From Psychrobacter sp. HD31 (GTDB taxonomy: Bacteria > Pseudomonadota > Gammaproteobacteria > Pseudomonadales > Moraxellaceae): a stretch of 32,000 nucleotides of DNA. The position numbers were made by a program, and so were the translations under genes. The notes under the pieces were generated by a model. That model had not been told where the DNA came from and ran no database searches. It worked only from the letters and a program-made list of their open reading frames with translations. Of the stretch, positions 21,420-31,579 are shown piece by piece; position 1 is the first letter of the stretch; every line of letters begins with the position of its first letter. The stretch is taken from NCBI RefSeq assembly GCF_051097895.1, contig NZ_CP142525.1, positions 480,001 to 512,000 on the forward strand, given 5' to 3'.

Positions 21420-21509
21420 CTTGTTTCCTACGTCAGTGCTAACTGCTTCAGGTTATACGGGTATTTCTCAGCGATGACAATTTGCATAATGTCAAAGCAC
21501 CCCGACAAG
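21420..21509 (-). promoter_or_regulatory. TPP riboswitch (THI element) aptamer
   Basis: The minus strand reads CUUGUCGGGGUGCUUUGACAUUAUGCAAAUUGUCAUCGCUGAGAAAUACCCGUAUAACCUGAAGCAGUUAGCACUGACGUAGGAAACAAG. It carries the conserved GGGGUGC, GCUGAGAAAUACCCGUAU.ACCUGA and GCGUAGGRA cores (compare E. coli thiM). P1 is CUUGU with ACAAG, and there is a variable P3 hairpin. Confidence 0.92.
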
Positions 21510-21539
21510 GTTATTAGTTGTAAAAAGTGCGCTTATCTT

Positions 21540-21569
21540 ATACTAAACAGATGACTGTTTTCAAGACAA
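21540..21569 (-). promoter_or_regulatory. Candidate sigma70 promoter for the riboswitch-led transcript
   Basis: On the minus strand: TTGTCT (21569-21564), an 18-nt spacer, then TAGTAT (21545-21540). This is ~30 nt upstream of the aptamer. Pattern match only. Confidence 0.3.
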
Positions 21570-21647
21570 ACTTTATTCAGATAATTTTTAGTCTCTGTCA
21601 TGATATACTATCGAAATAGTTAACCAGAAAATTAAACACAGTTAAAA

Positions 21648-22799
21648 ATGAGCGAACAAACTAAATTACGATCAAACTTTATCCAAAAACCTATCAAACG
21701 TATTGTGGTGAAAATTGGCTCATCATTGCTAACTAACAATGGTAAAGGGTTAGATCGCACCGCCATCTATGAATGGGCAAAACAAATCGCCAGCCTACAA
21801 AATAAAGGGATGGAAGTCATTATTGTCTCATCAGGCTCGATTGCAGAAGGCGTTGTGCGCATGAACCTAGATGAGCGACCTAAAAAACTGCCTGCATTGC
21901 AAGCCTGTGCTGCCATAGGGCAAATGGGGCTGATAGAAACATGGTGGTCGGCACTTATTCAATACGGCGTGCAAAGCTCACAACTATTACTCACTCATGA
22001 TGAGCTTGCCAACCGCAAACGTTATCTTAATGTTGCAGGTACGTTAGAACAAATTATTGATTGGCGAGTTATCCCTGTCATTAATGAAAATGACACCATT
22101 TCTGTTGATGAAATTAAATTTGGCGATAATGATACACTTGGCGCAATGGTGGCGACTATGGCACATGCCGATTTGTACATCATTTTAACAGACCAAGAAG
22201 GCGTGTTTACTGATAACCCACGTATCAACCCCAATGCAACGATGATAAGTGAAGAACGTGCAATGGCAGATTATTTGTTTGATATTGCAGGGGATGGTGG
22301 CAAATTGGGTAGTGGGGGTATGCTTACTAAAATTCGTGCCGCGCGTTTATCTGCCATGGGTGGTTGTCCAACAGTAATCGTTAGTGGTACTGTGGAGGAT
22401 GTCATCAGTCGAGTGGTTTCTGGTGAAGAATTAGGAACCTTATTAACGACAAATGAGGCAGATAAGATTATTGCCAAGAAGCAGTGGCTAGCCAGCCATC
22501 TACAAATGGCAGGTACATTGCTGGTTGATGAAGGTGCGGCTAAAGCGATTAGGCACAATAACAAAAGTTTGTTGCCTGTTGGGGTGCATAAGGTACGTGG
22601 CGACTTTGTTGCAGAAGACGTGGTTGAAATCGTCCATCAAGATACAGGTGAGCGCATTGCTGTTGGTCAAGTAAGCTATTCATCTGCCGATGCGAAGCGT
22701 ATTTCTAATGCTCGTAGTGATGAAGTAGATGAAATCCTTGGTTCGCATCAAGAGAAAGTAGCAATGATACACCGTGATAAAATGGCGATTGTGGGGTAA
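21648..22799 (+). CDS. proB: Glutamate 5-kinase with a C-terminal PUA domain
   Basis: [13 protein letters not shown]..., [12 protein letters not shown] and [22 protein letters not shown] motifs, plus a PUA-like C-terminus. Confidence 0.95.
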   Translation: MSEQTKLRSNFIQKPIKRIVVKIGSSLLTNNGKGLDRTAIYEWAKQIASLQNKGMEVIIVSSGSIAEGVVRMNLDERPKKLPALQACAAIGQMGLIETWWSALIQYGVQSSQLLLTHDELANRKRYLNVAGTLEQIIDWRVIPVINENDTISVDEIKFGDNDTLGAMVATMAHADLYIILTDQEGVFTDNPRINPNATMISEERAMADYLFDIAGDGGKLGSGGMLTKIRAARLSAMGGCPTVIVSGTVEDVISRVVSGEELGTLLTTNEADKIIAKKQWLASHLQMAGTLLVDEGAAKAIRHNNKSLLPVGVHKVRGDFVAEDVVEIVHQDTGERIAVGQVSYSSADAKRISNARSDEVDEILGSHQEKVAMIHRDKMAIVG

Positions 22800-22901
22800 G
22801 TCGTTTTAATTTATATTGGGTTATATATAGAGTAATTAGCCTTTTAAACTGCTAAAAGTTATAAAAATAAAGCGCTAGCTGAACAGAAGTTAAAAAATTA
22901 T

Positions 22902-22933
22902 AAATAAGCATTGCTTAATGCTTTATTGGTTTT
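22902..22933 (+). terminator. Probable rho-independent terminator after proB
   Basis: aagcatt (22906-22912), loop gctt, aatgctt (22917-22923). The stem is extendable with one bulge and is followed by tattggtttt. Confidence 0.5.
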
Positions 22934-22962
22934 AACACAATCAATTTTATAGATATTAAAAT

Positions 22963-22989
22963 AATTTTAGGAACAGAATTTTAGGAACA
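22963..22989. repeat. Tandem duplication of a 13-nt unit containing the hemE ribosome-binding site
   Basis: aattttaggaaca, g, aattttaggaaca, followed immediately by the ATG at 22990. Confidence 0.85.
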
Positions 22990-24057
22990 ATGATGACACA
23001 ATTTGCGCCATTAAAAAATGATAGAATCTTACGAGCAATGCGATTTGAAGAAGTCGATACGACACCAGTATGGATGATGCGCCAGGCTGGGCGCTATTTG
23101 CCAGAATACAAAGCAACAAGAGCCGAAGCGGGCGACTTTTTAAGCTTATGTAAAGATACCGCACGTGCGACCGAAGTCACCTTACAGCCATTACGTCGAT
23201 TTGAGTTAGATGCTGCAATTTTATTTAGTGACATTTTAACCATACCGGATGCCATGGGCTTGGGTTTGTATTTTGAAACTGGCGAAGGTCCTAAATTTAA
23301 AAAAACAGTACGTGATGACAAAGACTTAAATGGTTTGCTGGATGTTGATGTTAATGATAGCCTAGATTATGTGATGCGCGCAGTTACCAGTATCCGTAAC
23401 GAGTTAAATGGTCAAGTACCACTGTTTGGGTTTTCTGGCAGTCCTTGGACACTAGCAACCTATATGGTAGAAGGGGGCAGTAGTAAAGATTACCGACATA
23501 CAAAAGAAATGTTGTATGCCCGCCCTGAGTTCCTGCATGCTTTACTAGACAAAGTGGCAACAGTTGTTACGGATTATTTGTCTGCTCAAATTAAGGCAGG
23601 AGCTCAAATTGTACAAATATTTGATAGTTGGGGTGGGGCGTTAGCGCATCGCCAGTTTGCTGAGTTTTCACATAAATATAACAAACGAATCATTAGCGAA
23701 TTAAAAGCCATACACCCAGATGTACCTGTGGTGCTATTCACTAAAGGTGGTGGTTTGTGGTTATCAACACAGGACGACAGTCAGGCCGATGTATTGGGGC
23801 TAGATTGGACGATGCCAATTAGTCAGGCACGTACTATGTTAGGCAGTAATAAAGCCATTCAGGGCAATTTAGACCCTGCAACTTTATATGGCTCGCCTGA
23901 GGTTATTAGACAGCAAACTAAGTTAATGCTTGATGACGCGTATGTTAATCAGCCAAAAACAGGTTACATTGCTAATTTAGGGCATGGTATTGCCCAGTGG
24001 GTAAACCCAGACCACGCCAAAGTATTTATTGATGCGGTGCATGAGTATAAACTTTAG
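22990..24057 (+). CDS. hemE: Uroporphyrinogen decarboxylase
   Basis: [25 protein letters not shown] and [15 protein letters not shown] motifs. The start could be either of the tandem ATGs at 22990 and 22993. Confidence 0.95.
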   Translation: MMTQFAPLKNDRILRAMRFEEVDTTPVWMMRQAGRYLPEYKATRAEAGDFLSLCKDTARATEVTLQPLRRFELDAAILFSDILTIPDAMGLGLYFETGEGPKFKKTVRDDKDLNGLLDVDVNDSLDYVMRAVTSIRNELNGQVPLFGFSGSPWTLATYMVEGGSSKDYRHTKEMLYARPEFLHALLDKVATVVTDYLSAQIKAGAQIVQIFDSWGGALAHRQFAEFSHKYNKRIISELKAIHPDVPVVLFTKGGGLWLSTQDDSQADVLGLDWTMPISQARTMLGSNKAIQGNLDPATLYGSPEVIRQQTKLMLDDAYVNQPKTGYIANLGHGIAQWVNPDHAKVFIDAVHEYKL

Positions 24058-24169
24058 TGGTTTTTAGTATATTTTTTGGTTTTAACTACTTTGTATGAAC
24101 ATAACTTTAGATTACAGACATAATATACAGTGTTTGGTGGATAGCGTTCTTATATATAACCATTAGCCA

Positions 24170-24775
24170 TTAAGAATAACCACAAGTTAATAAGATATGC
24201 ACTTCTGCATCATACTTTATAGCTAAGGCTAAATCTCTTCCATCATTTTCAAAGTATCCTGGTAGATGAGGGTTTGTATTGTTATAGCTTTCAACTTGAT
24301 ATAAAAAATCAGGTTCTATGTTGTAAGCTTTCCAATCCCCTTTCTCATCAAGTATCTCGAATAAATTTGCAATCAGTTCATTGGCTTTGTTTGTGTTAAT
24401 TTGTGTTCCCAGGGTACTTGCTGAAAAGAAATCCTGCTTTCCAGTTAAAAGATCAATTAACATGTCTCTTGCTAAAGATTTGCCAATTTCATCTATTGTA
24501 AGTTGTTCAACTCCATTCCATAGATTTCCCGGCTTTTGCAAAACAATAGGTGTGTTAGATGCTTTTGGAAAAATAATTTCAGAATAGTCGTTGAATTCTC
24601 TCCTCAAATCTTCTTTCACTAATTCAAAATGGAAGCTACCTGTTCTTAAGTGTTGAATTATTTCAGTCTCTACTTGTTCCTCATTTTCTGTTAAGTCCAG
24701 CGTAATCCAAAAAGAATTGGAATTTAAGGTTGTGTCCAAAGTTTCTAGAAGTATATCTATTTCTTGTGGCTTCAT
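24170..24775 (-). CDS. Hypothetical acidic cytoplasmic protein (orphan, antisense to its neighbours)
   Basis: 201 aa from an ATG with an AGGA SD (minus strand aggattagaaaATG). No TM segment or signal peptide, and no family recognised. It is lower in G+C than its neighbour by hand count: row 24181-24240 has 20 of 60, against 31 of 60 for hemE row 23041-23100. Confidence 0.55.
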   Translation of the reverse strand: MKPQEIDILLETLDTTLNSNSFWITLDLTENEEQVETEIIQHLRTGSFHFELVKEDLRREFNDYSEIIFPKASNTPIVLQKPGNLWNGVEQLTIDEIGKSLARDMLIDLLTGKQDFFSASTLGTQINTNKANELIANLFEILDEKGDWKAYNIEPDFLYQVESYNNTNPHLPGYFENDGRDLALAIKYDAEVHILLTCGYS

Positions 24776-24971
24776 TTTCTAATCCTTTACAACACACATA
24801 TATTATCAATGATTTCATTGTACATAAGTTATTTATCATTTTCTAATGCGTATTATCTTTCTAATCTTTATGAATCTAGTAATAATGGTAGGATTTATTC
24901 ATCCATAAACCTGCAAAATTTAAAGTCTAACTGTTATAATAAAAAAAAATTAATTATTGTAGAGCAAAAAA

Positions 24972-26045
24972 ATGAAGATAATCAAAGCAGGCATTGTTGG
25001 CGGAACTGGTTATACAGGGGTAGAGCTGGTAAGGATTTTATCAGCACACCCACAAGTAGAGTTACAATGGCTTACCTCACGTAGCGAAGCAGGCACACCG
25101 GTAGCGGATATCTTCCCAAGCTTGCGCGGAGTAACAAATTTAGTTTATCAAGACTTTGGTGATGATAATTTAAAAATGATGAGTGCTTGTGATGTGGTAT
25201 TTTTTGCCACGCCACATGGGGTAGCAATGAAACAAGCCGAAGACTTGGTTAAAGCTGGCGTTAAAGTGATAGATTTAGCCGCAGATTTTCGTTTGCAGTC
25301 ACTACAAGAATTTGAAACTTGGTACAATCATTCGCATGCTTGTCCAGACTTACTTAAATCGGCAGTATATGGTTTGCCAGAAGTAAACCGTAAGCGTATT
25401 GCCAACGCACAGGTAATTGGTAATCCTGGCTGTTATCCAACCACAGCTATTTTAGGGATGAAACCGATTATAGATAATCAAAACCAGACAGGAACTGCGC
25501 TGATTGATAAACGCATCGTTATTGATGCCAAATCAGGCGTATCTGGAGCAGGTCGTCAAGCAAGCCTTGCTTTAAATTATGCTGAAACAACAGATAACTT
25601 TAAAGCTTATGGCGTGGCAGGGCATCGCCACTTGCCAGAAATTGAGCAAGGTTTATCGTTAATTTTAAACAGCCAATTTGATCATAAAATCCGTTTTGTA
25701 CCGCATTTAGTGCCTATGATACGTGGTATGTTGAGTACCATCCATCTTGAGCTAACGGAGCAAGGTAAGCAAGTTGATTGGCAACAAGCCTATGAAGAAG
25801 CATATCAAAATGAGGTGTTTGTAGATGTATTGCCATCAGGTAGCGTGCCGGATACCCGTAGTGTACGAGCCAGTAACAAGATGCGTATTGCCATTGTACA
25901 AAATAATGAGCGTGCAGAGTTAACAATACTGGTGGTGCAAGATAACTTGGTAAAAGGGGCAGCAGGGCAAGCGGTGCAAAATATGAATTCTTTGTTTGCT
26001 TTACCAGAAACCGTTGGACTAGAAATTGTGCCAGTAGTTCCTTAG
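24972..26045 (+). CDS. argC: N-acetyl-gamma-glutamyl-phosphate reductase
   Basis: [23 protein letters not shown], with active-site GNPGCYPT. Confidence 0.95.
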   Translation: MKIIKAGIVGGTGYTGVELVRILSAHPQVELQWLTSRSEAGTPVADIFPSLRGVTNLVYQDFGDDNLKMMSACDVVFFATPHGVAMKQAEDLVKAGVKVIDLAADFRLQSLQEFETWYNHSHACPDLLKSAVYGLPEVNRKRIANAQVIGNPGCYPTTAILGMKPIIDNQNQTGTALIDKRIVIDAKSGVSGAGRQASLALNYAETTDNFKAYGVAGHRHLPEIEQGLSLILNSQFDHKIRFVPHLVPMIRGMLSTIHLELTEQGKQVDWQQAYEEAYQNEVFVDVLPSGSVPDTRSVRASNKMRIAIVQNNERAELTILVVQDNLVKGAAGQAVQNMNSLFALPETVGLEIVPVVP

Positions 26046-26252
26046 GTGAAATTCCGTAAGTAAAGCTCCTTAAGTAAATTGTTACTGAGATACCAAAGAT
26101 ACTGACATTCGCAATATCAATAGCATACATTATTTATACATTTCATGATTGAAAGCGAAGAGTTTTAGCAGTATAGTGTGCGCTTGATTGTAATATACAT
26201 TTAATACTTAAATTTATATAATATAGGTTCTTTTTTAAGTCAACGGTTTGAT

Positions 26253-27011
26253 ATGCTAACTAAAAATCAACAAAAAGGTGATACATTCACTGTCTTTATT
26301 CTTTTTTTGATTGCACTAATGGTAGTTGCATTATTGGTTGCTATTTTTGCTTTTCAAATAGGTTATAGCAGTGGTTTTAAAAGCATTGAATCTGAAAATG
26401 ATGTTGTTATCAATGGTCAGCTGGTAACGGCACGCTCACTTGAGGCTATCGAAGAGCAAAATAAACAGTTTAAAACTGAGGCAGATGTTGCAAAGCAAGA
26501 GCGAGATATTAGCCTTGATAACTTAAAATCGTTACGTGTAAAACTAACAGACCTAGAAACAAACAATCTACAACTACAAAGAACAGTAGAAATGTTTTCT
26601 AGCAGTATTGCAAAACAAGGTGGTATCCCTTTGCAAGTGGTTGGGGCTAAAATTGAACCCTTACCAGAAAATGCATTTGAATATCGTTTTGATGTAGCAA
26701 TGGTTAATGAAAATGGCGAATACACGCAATTAGTACCAAAACTTACTTTGCTAAATAACACCAGTTTTGTAAATATTCCATTATCGCCAAGTACTTATGA
26801 GATTAAAGGCATTAGCTATATTCGTGGTCGTTTTGTCATGCCCGAAGGTTTTAAACCTGTCCAGCTTAAGCTGAGTTTATCGGCAGGTGATCAAACAAAA
26901 GAGCAAATTTATAACTGGCGTTTGGGTAAAAAGAAAGCAGATATGCCAATGTCGCTATCACAAGTACCAGATGTAAATAACCGCCCAATCACTTCTGAAG
27001 ATAAAAACTAA
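26253..27011 (+). CDS. Hypothetical membrane-anchored protein with a coiled-coil segment
   Basis: One N-terminal TM helix (FTVFILFLIALMVVALLVAIFAF). A heptad-like segment follows (EEQNKQFKTEADVAKQERDISLDNLKSLRVKLTDLETNNLQLQ), then a beta-rich C-terminal domain. No SD was seen. Confidence 0.6.
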   Translation: MLTKNQQKGDTFTVFILFLIALMVVALLVAIFAFQIGYSSGFKSIESENDVVINGQLVTARSLEAIEEQNKQFKTEADVAKQERDISLDNLKSLRVKLTDLETNNLQLQRTVEMFSSSIAKQGGIPLQVVGAKIEPLPENAFEYRFDVAMVNENGEYTQLVPKLTLLNNTSFVNIPLSPSTYEIKGISYIRGRFVMPEGFKPVQLKLSLSAGDQTKEQIYNWRLGKKKADMPMSLSQVPDVNNRPITSEDKN

Positions 27012-27039
27012 CTGTTTTCTACCAAGTTAATCTCAATAT

Positions 27040-27067
27040 AAGATAGCCAATAGAGCTATCTTTTTTT
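27040..27067 (+). terminator. Rho-independent terminator
   Basis: aagatagc (27040-27047), a 7-nt loop, gctatctt (27055-27062), then a T-run. Confidence 0.7.
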
Positions 27068-27193
27068 AGTATTGTGTTATTAACATGAATTTGGCATTGT
27101 AATATGCATTTAATTTGGTTAGATTATCATTGCTACTTAAAATTATCTGCGTCAATTTTTTAAACTGTAACTCTATTAAATCAAACAAAAAAT

Positions 27194-27565
27194 ATGATAA
27201 ATATCAAAGACTGGCATTTCCCAAAAACAATAAACATGATGAATGTGCATGATGATACTGAGCGTGAAGAGGAAACTGATGTATTAGTGGCGGATCCAGA
27301 ACTTCAAGCACCGCCAATGTACGCTGTGATTATGTATAATGATGACTACACACCAATGGAGTTTGTAGTGATGGTGTTAATGCAAGAGTTTAAACAGGCA
27401 GAAGACCAAGCGGTTGAAACCATGCTTGCAATACATCATGACGGACATGGCATTGCGGGCATTTATCCAAAAGATATTGCAGAGACGAAAGCAAAAAAAT
27501 GTAATAATCTAGCCAGAAAAGAAGGCTATCCATTGTTAACGCAAATAGAGCCTTACAAAGAATAA
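27194..27565 (+). CDS. clpS: ATP-dependent Clp protease adaptor ClpS
   Basis: PPMYAVIMYNDDYTPMEFVVMVLMQEF matches the ClpS core. It lies upstream of clpA. Start uncertain: 27194 or the ATG at 27236. Confidence 0.9.
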   Translation: MINIKDWHFPKTINMMNVHDDTEREEETDVLVADPELQAPPMYAVIMYNDDYTPMEFVVMVLMQEFKQAEDQAVETMLAIHHDGHGIAGIYPKDIAETKAKKCNNLARKEGYPLLTQIEPYKE

Positions 27566-27683
27566 TGACACTATTTTTAATTTGGTCTTGCATACATTAG
27601 CAATGACCACTATTTAATAGTTATCCAAAATTAAAAAAGTAATAACAATTTCTATTTTAAAATAGAAGAATAAGGAATGTTTT

Positions 27684-30104
27684 ATGTTAAGCCGGCATCT
27701 AGAAGTTTCATTAAGACTTGCTATGACAATTGCAAGACAAAATATGCATGAGTATTTAACCGTTGAGCATTTATTGCTTGCTCTGTTAGAAAATAATGAT
27801 GCAGTTATGGCGCTTAAAGCTTGTGAAGTTGACTTAGCAACAGTGAGACAAAGCTTAGAAGAATACATTGAAAAACATTCACCAAAACTAGAAGATGAGT
27901 TTGAGCCGACTCCACAGCCAACCCAAAGTTTTGATCGTATTTTACAGCGTGCTATCTTCCATGTGCAATCTGTAGGGGCAGGGCGAATGGTGGAAGGCTC
28001 TGATTTGCTGGTTTCTATGTTTTCTGAACATGATACCTATGCCGTCTTCTTATTAAAAAAACATGGTGTCACACGTTTAGCGTTAACAGAATATTTATCT
28101 CACAATACCGATGGTAAACCACAAAAATTAAGCAGTGGCGAAGAAGGCAGCGCAGAGCCAGAAAGCATAGCCAAAAAAGATCCATTGCTAGAATTTACAA
28201 CCAATTTAAACGATAAAGCGAAAGCAGGCAAAACAGACCCCTTGATTGGTAGAAGTGAAGAAGTTGAGCGCACGGCACAAGTTTTATGTCGTCGCCGTAA
28301 AAACAACCCACTACTTGTTGGCGAGCCTGGGGTTGGTAAAACTTCAATTGCCGAGGGTTTGGCATGGTTAATTGAAAAAGGTAAAGCCCCTAAACCGCTT
28401 GCTGGTTGTGTTATCTATAGCCTTGATATCGGCTCTTTAGTGGCAGGTACTAAATACCGTGGTGACTTTGAAAAACGCATGAAGTCTTTACTAAAGTCAA
28501 TTAAAAAGAAGCCAAATGCAATTTTATTTATTGATGAAATACACATGATTATTGGTGCAGGTTCATCAATGAGTAGTAGCATGGATGCCTCTAATCTTAT
28601 TAAGCCAGCTTTGGCAAACGGTGAGTTGCGTTGCATCGGTTCAACCACTTTTACTGAATATCGCCAAGTGTTTGAAAAAGACCACGCTTTGTCTCGAAGA
28701 TTCCAAAAAATTGATGTCAATGAGCCAAGTGTTGCAGATAGTATTGAGATTTTACGTGGGCTTAAGTCTAAATATGAAGCATTCCATAAAGTCGAATATA
28801 CGGATGCTGCTTTAGTAAGTGCGGTGGAGTTATCAGCCAAACATATTCATGAGCGTTTTTTACCAGATAAAGCGATTGATGTGATTGATGAGGCAGGTGC
28901 ATACAGTCGGCTAGATACCAATACAGTCATTGGTGATGACAGCAAAGATGATCATGACCCAAGCCAAAATAGCAAGTTGCACACTTTAGATGAAACTGAT
29001 TCATATAATGAAGCACTCAACAAAAATGAACAAGAAGATACCTTAACGGATAAGACCAAAGTTATTGATGTTGTGGATGTTGAAAGCATTGTTGCCAAGC
29101 TGGCACGTATCCCACCTAAGTCAGTATCTAAAGATGATAAATCAACCTTAGCAAGCTTAGAGCGAGATTTAAAACGTTTAGTATTTGGACAAGATGAAGC
29201 AATTTCAACATTAGCAGATGCCATTAAGCTATCTCGTGCTGGATTAAAAGAGCCTGAAAAGCCGATTGGCTCATTTATGTTTGCAGGACCAACAGGCGTT
29301 GGTAAAACTGAGGTCTCTAAGCAACTAGCAAACTTGTTGGGTGTTGAGTTGGTGCGTTTTGACATGTCAGAATATATGGAATCGCACACAGCCTCCCGTT
29401 TAATTGGTGCGCCACCAGGTTATGTGGGTTATGATCAAGGTGGATTATTGACAGAAAAAATTAATCAACATCCGCACTGTGTGTTATTACTCGATGAAAT
29501 TGAAAAAGCACATACTGATGTTTTCAACCTGTTATTACAAGTTATGGATCATGGTACTTTAACTGATAACAATGGTCGTATAGCCAGTTTTAAACAAGTT
29601 ATTTTAATCATGACGACAAATGTCGGTGCTGATAATATCAGCCGTGCTTCTATGGGCTTTACAAAACAAGACCACAGCAAAGACAATGGCGAAGCAATGA
29701 AGCGTGTATTTACGCCAGAGTTTCGTAACCGATTGGATGCCATCATCCAGTTTAATCCATTAGATACAAGCGTGATTGTATCCGTGGTTGATAAGTTCTT
29801 GGTAGAATTACAAGCGCAGCTTGATGATAAAAAAGTAACACTTGAAATTACTGATGAAGTTCGCGAATATCTTGCCGAAAAAGGCTATGACCGTTTAATG
29901 GGGGCTCGCCCTATGCAGCGTTTGATTCAGGATGAAATCAAGAAACCATTGGCGGGTATGATTTTATTTGGAGAACTTGTCGATGGCGGTACCGTTCGTA
30001 TTACTTTAAACAAATCTCAAACCGATGAGTCAACAGACAATAATGACAGCCAAGTTGTGCTAACTGTGACTGAGTCTCTTAAACCACAAGAATCAAATGT
30101 TTAA
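27684..30104 (+). CDS. clpA: ATP-dependent Clp protease ATP-binding subunit ClpA
   Basis: ClpA-type N-domain (MLSRHLEVSLRLAMTIARQ). Two Walker A motifs, GEPGVGKT and GPTGVGKT. clpS-clpA gene order. Confidence 0.95.
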   Translation: MLSRHLEVSLRLAMTIARQNMHEYLTVEHLLLALLENNDAVMALKACEVDLATVRQSLEEYIEKHSPKLEDEFEPTPQPTQSFDRILQRAIFHVQSVGAGRMVEGSDLLVSMFSEHDTYAVFLLKKHGVTRLALTEYLSHNTDGKPQKLSSGEEGSAEPESIAKKDPLLEFTTNLNDKAKAGKTDPLIGRSEEVERTAQVLCRRRKNNPLLVGEPGVGKTSIAEGLAWLIEKGKAPKPLAGCVIYSLDIGSLVAGTKYRGDFEKRMKSLLKSIKKKPNAILFIDEIHMIIGAGSSMSSSMDASNLIKPALANGELRCIGSTTFTEYRQVFEKDHALSRRFQKIDVNEPSVADSIEILRGLKSKYEAFHKVEYTDAALVSAVELSAKHIHERFLPDKAIDVIDEAGAYSRLDTNTVIGDDSKDDHDPSQNSKLHTLDETDSYNEALNKNEQEDTLTDKTKVIDVVDVESIVAKLARIPPKSVSKDDKSTLASLERDLKRLVFGQDEAISTLADAIKLSRAGLKEPEKPIGSFMFAGPTGVGKTEVSKQLANLLGVELVRFDMSEYMESHTASRLIGAPPGYVGYDQGGLLTEKINQHPHCVLLLDEIEKAHTDVFNLLLQVMDHGTLTDNNGRIASFKQVILIMTTNVGADNISRASMGFTKQDHSKDNGEAMKRVFTPEFRNRLDAIIQFNPLDTSVIVSVVDKFLVELQAQLDDKKVTLEITDEVREYLAEKGYDRLMGARPMQRLIQDEIKKPLAGMILFGELVDGGTVRITLNKSQTDESTDNNDSQVVLTVTESLKPQESNV

Positions 30105-30153
30105 TTTATTTTAATAATAAACTTTTAAAATTGATAAAGAATATGGATGCGTG

Positions 30154-30873
30154 ATGAGTAATAAATCAGCCGAAGAAAAACAAGCCATTTTAGATAAAGT
30201 GCAATTACCAAGTGATTGGAAACAAGCATTGGCTGACGAGTTAACCAGTGACAATATGGATGGTTTAAGAACCTTTTTACGTGCAGAATATGCTGATGGA
30301 AAAACCATATATCCCCCAGCAAATCAAATTTTTAATGCGTTTAACTTAACGCCTTTATCAAAAGTAAGGGTAGTGATTTTAGGACAAGACCCTTACCATG
30401 GCGCTGGGCAGGCAATGGGGTTGTCATTTTCTGTACCAAAGTCGATTCCAAAACCGCCATCATTAAACAATATTTTAAAAGAAATGGCAGATGACATCGG
30501 GACGCTATATTCAAACCATGGTGATTTAACGCATTGGGCTAAGCAAGGCGTACTTTTGTTAAACAGCTCATTGACTGTGCAAGAAGGCAATGCAGGTAGC
30601 CATCAAAAACAAGGTTGGGAGCAGTTTACCGATGCAGTGATTGATGTCGTTAATAAGCAAACGCAAAACACCGTATTTGTTTTATGGGGCAGTTATGCAA
30701 AGAAAAAAGGTAAATATATTGATGCGGATAAGCACCTGATTTTAAGTGCGGTGCATCCATCACCATTGTCTGCTAACCGTGGTGGTTTTTTTGGTACAAA
30801 ACCATTTTCTCAGGCCAATCAATATTTAACTATGCACGGCAAAGATGCCATAGACTGGCAACTACCTCAATAA
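30154..30873 (+). CDS. ung: Uracil-DNA glycosylase
   Basis: VVILGQDPYHGAGQAMGLSFSV and VHPSPLSA motifs. The ORF-track start at 30151 is a GTG; the ATG is at 30154. Confidence 0.93.
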   Translation: MSNKSAEEKQAILDKVQLPSDWKQALADELTSDNMDGLRTFLRAEYADGKTIYPPANQIFNAFNLTPLSKVRVVILGQDPYHGAGQAMGLSFSVPKSIPKPPSLNNILKEMADDIGTLYSNHGDLTHWAKQGVLLLNSSLTVQEGNAGSHQKQGWEQFTDAVIDVVNKQTQNTVFVLWGSYAKKKGKYIDADKHLILSAVHPSPLSANRGGFFGTKPFSQANQYLTMHGKDAIDWQLPQ

Positions 30874-30905
30874 ACTTAAAAATAATACTTGATTAAAAAA
30901 ACGGC

Positions 30906-31451
30906 ATGACACAGTTTAGTCAACATGACAAAAAATATATGAGGCAGGCACTGGAACTTGCTAAGCAAGCTGCTGAACAAGGAGAAGTACCAGTTGGTGC
31001 AGTATTAGTACAATTTGATGAGGAAGATAATGCAAAAGTTATAGGGCGAGGGTTTAATCAACCAATTGCCAAACATGATCCAACCAGTCATGCGGAGATT
31101 GTTGCACTAAGAGATGCTTGTACTAGTCTTAACAATTATCGCTTACCAGAAAACACCACTTTATATGTCAGCCTTGAGCCTTGTACAATGTGTGTGGGGG
31201 CATTGATTCATGCGCGTTTAAATCGGTTAGTTTTTGCTACAACAGAACCAAGAGCGGGCATGGTTGGTAGTCAAGCCAATTTATTAGAACAAGACTTTTA
31301 TAATCATAACATTAAGGTTCAGTTCGGTTTATATGCCGATGAGTCTGCACAGATATTACGAGATTTCTTTCGTGAACGTCGCAGTATAAAAAAACACAAG
31401 CAAAAGATAAACGTAAATCAGCTACGCTTGCTTGAAAGAAACGAAACTTAA
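30906..31451 (+). CDS. tadA: tRNA adenosine(34) deaminase
   Basis: HAEIVALR and the zinc motifs LEPCTMCVGAL. 181 aa with a basic C-terminal tail. Confidence 0.9.
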   Translation: MTQFSQHDKKYMRQALELAKQAAEQGEVPVGAVLVQFDEEDNAKVIGRGFNQPIAKHDPTSHAEIVALRDACTSLNNYRLPENTTLYVSLEPCTMCVGALIHARLNRLVFATTEPRAGMVGSQANLLEQDFYNHNIKVQFGLYADESAQILRDFFRERRSIKKHKQKINVNQLRLLERNET

Positions 31452-31482
31452 CATCCTTATCCTTTATCTCATAAAATTTACA

Positions 31483-31521
31483 AAAAACGTTTAATAAGTA
31501 TAGAGTTATTAAGCGTTTTTT
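31483..31521 (+). terminator. Rho-independent terminator after tadA
   Basis: aaaaacgtttaataa (31483-31497), an 8-nt loop, ttattaagcgttttt (31506-31520). One G-U pair; T-run. Confidence 0.65.
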
Positions 31522-31529
31522 GATATAAT
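31521..31529 (+). promoter_or_regulatory. Candidate extended -10 promoter element for cmk
   Basis: TGATATAAT (TGnTATAAT) lies ~50 nt upstream of the cmk ATG. No clear -35 element. Confidence 0.35.
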
Positions 31530-31579
31530 CCGCCTTTAATTTTGTTTGACAATTACATATATTTAAATCAGAGTTTTAA

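Noticed and set aside
24764-26130. 106-aa (+) ORF overlapping the argC start, and a 138-aa (-) ORF overlapping the argC end
   Set aside because: The first runs through AT-rich promoter DNA into argC out of frame. The second is antisense to argC. Neither has an SD or a recognisable sequence.
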